A DNA stretch of 32,000 nucleotides from Desulfotalea psychrophila LSv54 (GTDB taxonomy: Bacteria; Desulfobacterota; Desulfobulbia; Desulfobulbales; Desulfocapsaceae): positions 300,001 to 332,000 of the forward strand of contig NC_006138.1 of NCBI RefSeq assembly GCF_000025945.1, written 5' to 3'. The notes beneath the pieces are model-generated. The model had not been told where the DNA came from and made no database searches. It saw only the letters and a program-made list of their open reading frames with translations. Below are positions 28,794 to 32,000 of this stretch, piece by piece (position 1 is the stretch's first letter; every line of letters begins with the position of its first letter). A program made the translations under genes and the position numbers.

Positions 28794-30083
28794 CTATTTT
28801 TCTACCAACAGCATGGATTTAGCTGCCTTTCTGGCAGTACGGTCGGGACGAATATCCCCCCGAATCTCAACTTTTATCTTTCGCTTACCACAACGAAGCG
28901 TTACCTCATCACCAATCTCCAAGGGACAGGTTACCCGAATAAAACCGCAGGAAAGGCCACGCGGAGAAAAATCTTGCGGACAACCCTTCTCGACTGGGCT
29001 GGTAATGCTGTAGATCTGTCCATCGACTCGGCCAATGGCCATATCGGTGGTACAGGTGAGGACATGACCGATGGTCTCGCCCTCGTCATCCACCACAACG
29101 GTATCCTCTTCCACCTGAATCTTACGGGGATCAAAGCCCGCAAAAGGATAGGTAAAATCGTCTGTGCATGGTTCTGAAACCACATCTGCACCAACAAAGT
29201 CCTTGGTAAAGTTACCATCCTCTCCATAGGGAAGGGCAAAAGGCCAAGGGGTGTTGGTAAATGGCCAGGCACCGATATCCTGATGAGAGAGGGGAAGAAC
29301 AGCACCCGCGCGCAAAGAATCACGGGAGGCAAGACCGCAGGCAATAAGGCCATATTCAGCCCCTGCCGCCAGCACTATCTGCCAGAGTTGGACAAGCTTT
29401 TCCCGCTCGATAAAAAACTCAAAGCCAAACTCGCCGGTATATCCCGTACGAGAAACCATAAAGGAGGTACCATCCAACAACTCAACCTCTGTCGCGGTGG
29501 GACAATCGGCAGTGCCGCCCTTAAAGGAAAAATAGGGCAGAGGAGCGAAAAGATCCTCTGGATTCTTGATGATTTTCTTGAGAATTACCGCAGAGAAAGG
29601 CCCCTGAAGATCCATCTTGCCCACGCTGGCAGTGCAATCAGCAATATCGACACCGTCGGCAGCATGATTCTCCAAGTGGCTCACCACTGACCCGCCCATA
29701 CCCGCATTAACCACGACCATATAACTATTTTCAGCAAGCATATAGACCAGGGCATCATCGAGTACCGAGCCATCTTCCAAGAGAAAGAGTCCGTAGACAC
29801 ATCTACCAACGGGCAGGGCAAGCTTCTTGGGGCCAATGGCCCGCTCGAGGTCCTTGGTAAAGCAGTGTTGGAGGACAGCCCTTGAACCTGCTCCCTGAAC
29901 GGTGAGCACGGACATATGGCTGGTATCAAAGATGCCTGCAGACTCTACCACGGCAAGATGCTCTGCCTTGGCGCCAACGGGATACCAGAGAGGCATATCG
30001 TAACCGCCAAAAAGCGCCATATGCGCTCCCTGCTCTACATGGTAAGTATGTAATGTCGTTTTTTTTACGTCTGTATTTTCCAT
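28794..30083 (-). CDS. gcvT: Glycine cleavage system aminomethyltransferase GcvT
   Basis: MALFGGYDMPLWYPVGAKAEHLAVVESAGIFDTSHMSVLTVQG; VSRTGYTGEFGFEFF; LASRDSLRAGAVLPL. Confidence 0.94.
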   Translation of the reverse strand: MENTDVKKTTLHTYHVEQGAHMALFGGYDMPLWYPVGAKAEHLAVVESAGIFDTSHMSVLTVQGAGSRAVLQHCFTKDLERAIGPKKLALPVGRCVYGLFLLEDGSVLDDALVYMLAENSYMVVVNAGMGGSVVSHLENHAADGVDIADCTASVGKMDLQGPFSAVILKKIIKNPEDLFAPLPYFSFKGGTADCPTATEVELLDGTSFMVSRTGYTGEFGFEFFIEREKLVQLWQIVLAAGAEYGLIACGLASRDSLRAGAVLPLSHQDIGAWPFTNTPWPFALPYGEDGNFTKDFVGADVVSEPCTDDFTYPFAGFDPRKIQVEEDTVVVDDEGETIGHVLTCTTDMAIGRVDGQIYSITSPVEKGCPQDFSPRGLSCGFIRVTCPLEIGDEVTLRCGKRKIKVEIRGDIRPDRTARKAAKSMLLVEK

Positions 30084-30574
30084 CGAATAAGTCCCCTATG
30101 TATGGTGGAAACAGGATATCGCCCCTCTCCTAAAGTGAGAGGGGTACCTTCAACGTTAAAGCTCTTATAAACAACGAAGGTCTCTACCTCGCCCACATTA
30201 TCAATAGTGCAAACCTCATCATTATAAAATTCTAGCATGCTGAAGCCAGAGGTCAAGGCAACGGTGAGAATAAGATCATAACGGCCGGTGACAACACAGA
30301 CAGAGATAACCCCCCGAAGTCTACTAAATTCCTCACCCTTCTTAACAAGGTTCATGTCCTTTACCCGGACACCAACCATGATAACGCTCTGCTCAGGCAT
30401 GAGATCTGGATCAATAAGGCCGGTTATCTGAAGAACCCCTTCATCCTGCATCTTCTTTACCCGGGATCTGATTGTTCCCTCAGCAACGCTGAGATTTTCA
30501 GCGATTTTTTTGTAGGCCATGCGTCCATCGCGAAGATGCTCAAGGATGGCAATATTTATTTTATCCAGTTTCAT
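30065..30574 (-). CDS. Lrp/AsnC family transcriptional regulator
   Basis: KINIAILEHLRDGRMAYKKIAENLSVAEGTIRSRVKKMQDEGVLQITGLIDP HTH; C-terminal RAM-like domain. Overlaps gcvT start by 19 nt. Confidence 0.93.
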   Translation of the reverse strand: MKLDKINIAILEHLRDGRMAYKKIAENLSVAEGTIRSRVKKMQDEGVLQITGLIDPDLMPEQSVIMVGVRVKDMNLVKKGEEFSRLRGVISVCVVTGRYDLILTVALTSGFSMLEFYNDEVCTIDNVGEVETFVVYKSFNVEGTPLTLGEGRYPVSTIHRGLIRWKIQT

Positions 30575-30724
30575 TTATTTATTATATTTTGAGAATTGAT
30601 TTAAAAGGTCATTTTAGTATATATTGCTATTATACATATTTTTGAAGCATGAAAATACCTATTTCGTACTTTGATGCCGTGAATAACAGCATATTCCACA
30701 ATAAACACTATGGGAACCACTGAG

Positions 30725-32000
30725 ATGAAAGTTAAAATTGTTGTTTTAGGAGCAGGACCTGGCGGATATGTAGCGGCAATACGAGCAGCGCAGCTTGGTG
30801 GAGACGTCACTGTAATAGAAAAAGAAAATGTAGGTGGCACCTGTCTCAACTGGGGATGCATCCCTTCAAAAATATATAAGCAGAGCGCTGACACCCTTAA
30901 CTCCATCAAAGATTCTGCAAGCTTTTGCATAGATGGGATCAGCGAAGGCAAACTCAACCTGGAGAGACTTCAAGAACGAACCAAGGGTATCATTGCCTCC
31001 CAATCTAAGGGCATCCACGGCCTCCTGGCAAAAAACTCCATCTCTTATATTGGGGGAGAGGCCAAGATGTCCGGTAGCCATAGCCTCTCTGTCACCAGGA
31101 AAGACGGCGAGACAGAGGAGGTGCAATTTGATAAGCTGATCATCGCCACCGGTAGCACACCGATGGCCCTCCCCTTCCTCCCCTTTGACGGAGACAGGAT
31201 ACTCTCCAGTGATCATATCTTTTCTCTTAAAGAAATACCAGAGTCCATTACTATTATAGGTGGCGGAGTCATTGGCTGTGAATTCGCCTGCATCCTGCAG
31301 AGCTTTGGCGTTGAGGTGACTCTGGTGGAAGGCCTTGAACGCCTCCTCCCCCTCCCCTCCGTTGAGGAGGAGTGTTCAAAGCTTCTTCTCCGGGAGATGA
31401 AGAAAAAGAAGATCAAGGTCGAGCTGAAGACAACCCTGGCCTCGGCAAGCCAAAAAAATGGTATGGTTCAGCTCAATCTGGTTAGCCAGGGGAAAAACGG
31501 TACAGAAAAAGCCAAACAGATAGAATCAGAAAAGGTACTGGTCTGCATCGGACGCAGGGCCAGTAGCGCCAGTTTGGATCTAGACCAGGCAGGCGTAGAG
31601 ACCACAAAGCGGGGCTGGATAAGCACCGGGGCCAACCTACAGACAACGGTTCCTCATATCTACGCCATTGGTGATGTGCTTGGCCCCGAACGAATCATGC
31701 TGGCCCATACTGCCTCAACCGAGGCGGAGATTGCGGCTGAAAATTGTTTTGGCGGCGCAGAAGAGATGAACTGGCAGGTAATGCCAAGTGCTATTTTCAC
31801 CATGCCCGAAATCGGTTGCGTGGGACTCTCCGAAGCCCAGGCCGCCGAACTGTACGGCAAGGAAAATATCCGGGCTGAAAGCAGTCTCTTCAGAACCTTG
31901 GGCAAGGCTCAGGTCATCGGCGAGTTAGCAGGAGTCACCAAGATAGTCTGTGCCAAAGAGGATGGAAAAATTCTTGGGATCCACATTGCCGGTGCCCATG
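30725..32000 (+). CDS. lpd: Dihydrolipoamide dehydrogenase, 3' end outside window
   Basis: Not in the ORF track because it runs off the window. Translation MKVKIVVLGAGPGGYVAAIRAAQLG...VGGTCLNWGCIPSK...IIGGGVIGCEFACILQSFGVEVTLVE...YAIGDV. Alternative in-frame ATG at 30710. Confidence 0.96.
   Translation, partial: MKVKIVVLGAGPGGYVAAIRAAQLGGDVTVIEKENVGGTCLNWGCIPSKIYKQSADTLNSIKDSASFCIDGISEGKLNLERLQERTKGIIASQSKGIHGLLAKNSISYIGGEAKMSGSHSLSVTRKDGETEEVQFDKLIIATGSTPMALPFLPFDGDRILSSDHIFSLKEIPESITIIGGGVIGCEFACILQSFGVEVTLVEGLERLLPLPSVEEECSKLLLREMKKKKIKVELKTTLASASQKNGMVQLNLVSQGKNGTEKAKQIESEKVLVCIGRRASSASLDLDQAGVETTKRGWISTGANLQTTVPHIYAIGDVLGPERIMLAHTASTEAEIAAENCFGGAEEMNWQVMPSAIFTMPEIGCVGLSEAQAAELYGKENIRAESSLFRTLGKAQVIGELAGVTKIVCAKEDGKILGIHIAGAH

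Noticed and set aside
30575-30724. Glycine riboswitch in front of the gcv cluster
   Set aside because: The 150-bp spacer is AT-rich and too short and lacks the conserved tandem-aptamer pattern; an Lrp-type regulator is encoded instead.
1-32000. CRISPR arrays, rRNA, tRNA, toxin-antitoxin or phage-defence modules
   Set aside because: No direct-repeat/spacer pattern, rRNA-like or tRNA-like sequence, or recognisable defence or phage genes were seen. The window is dominated by housekeeping genes.

Overview
This 32 kb bacterial chromosomal window is mostly ordinary housekeeping genes. Gene content and order suggest a deltaproteobacterial sulfate reducer related to Desulfobulbaceae/Desulfotalea, but that taxonomy is inference. 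Left to right: partial htpG (-), hemG/hemY-type protoporphyrinogen oxidase (+), a divergent dnaA (-), comF-like (-), bamA with an N-terminal extension (+), mfd and a yrfG-like HAD hydrolase (+), and sucC / degenerate GDPD-like gene / sucD (+). Then come a truncated duplicate of a transporter N-terminus followed by the full sulfate/molybdate-type transporter (+), a TSCPD protein (-), a DMT exporter plus endonuclease I (+), and a chemoreceptor with a duplicated CHASE3-like sensor (-). A small accessory patch follows, with an IS3-type transposase remnant, a LysR regulator and an ABM-domain protein. The window ends with a minus-strand cluster lrp-gcvT-gcvH-gcvPA-gcvPB-lipB-lipA, divergent from a partial lpd (+). 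I found no CRISPR array, rRNA, tRNA, prophage or convincing new defence system. The most notable observations are a GlpQ-like gene lacking its catalytic residues inside the sucCD operon, a partial transporter gene duplicated directly upstream of its intact paralog, the duplicated sensor in the chemoreceptor, and a terminator-like hairpin inside the gcv cluster.
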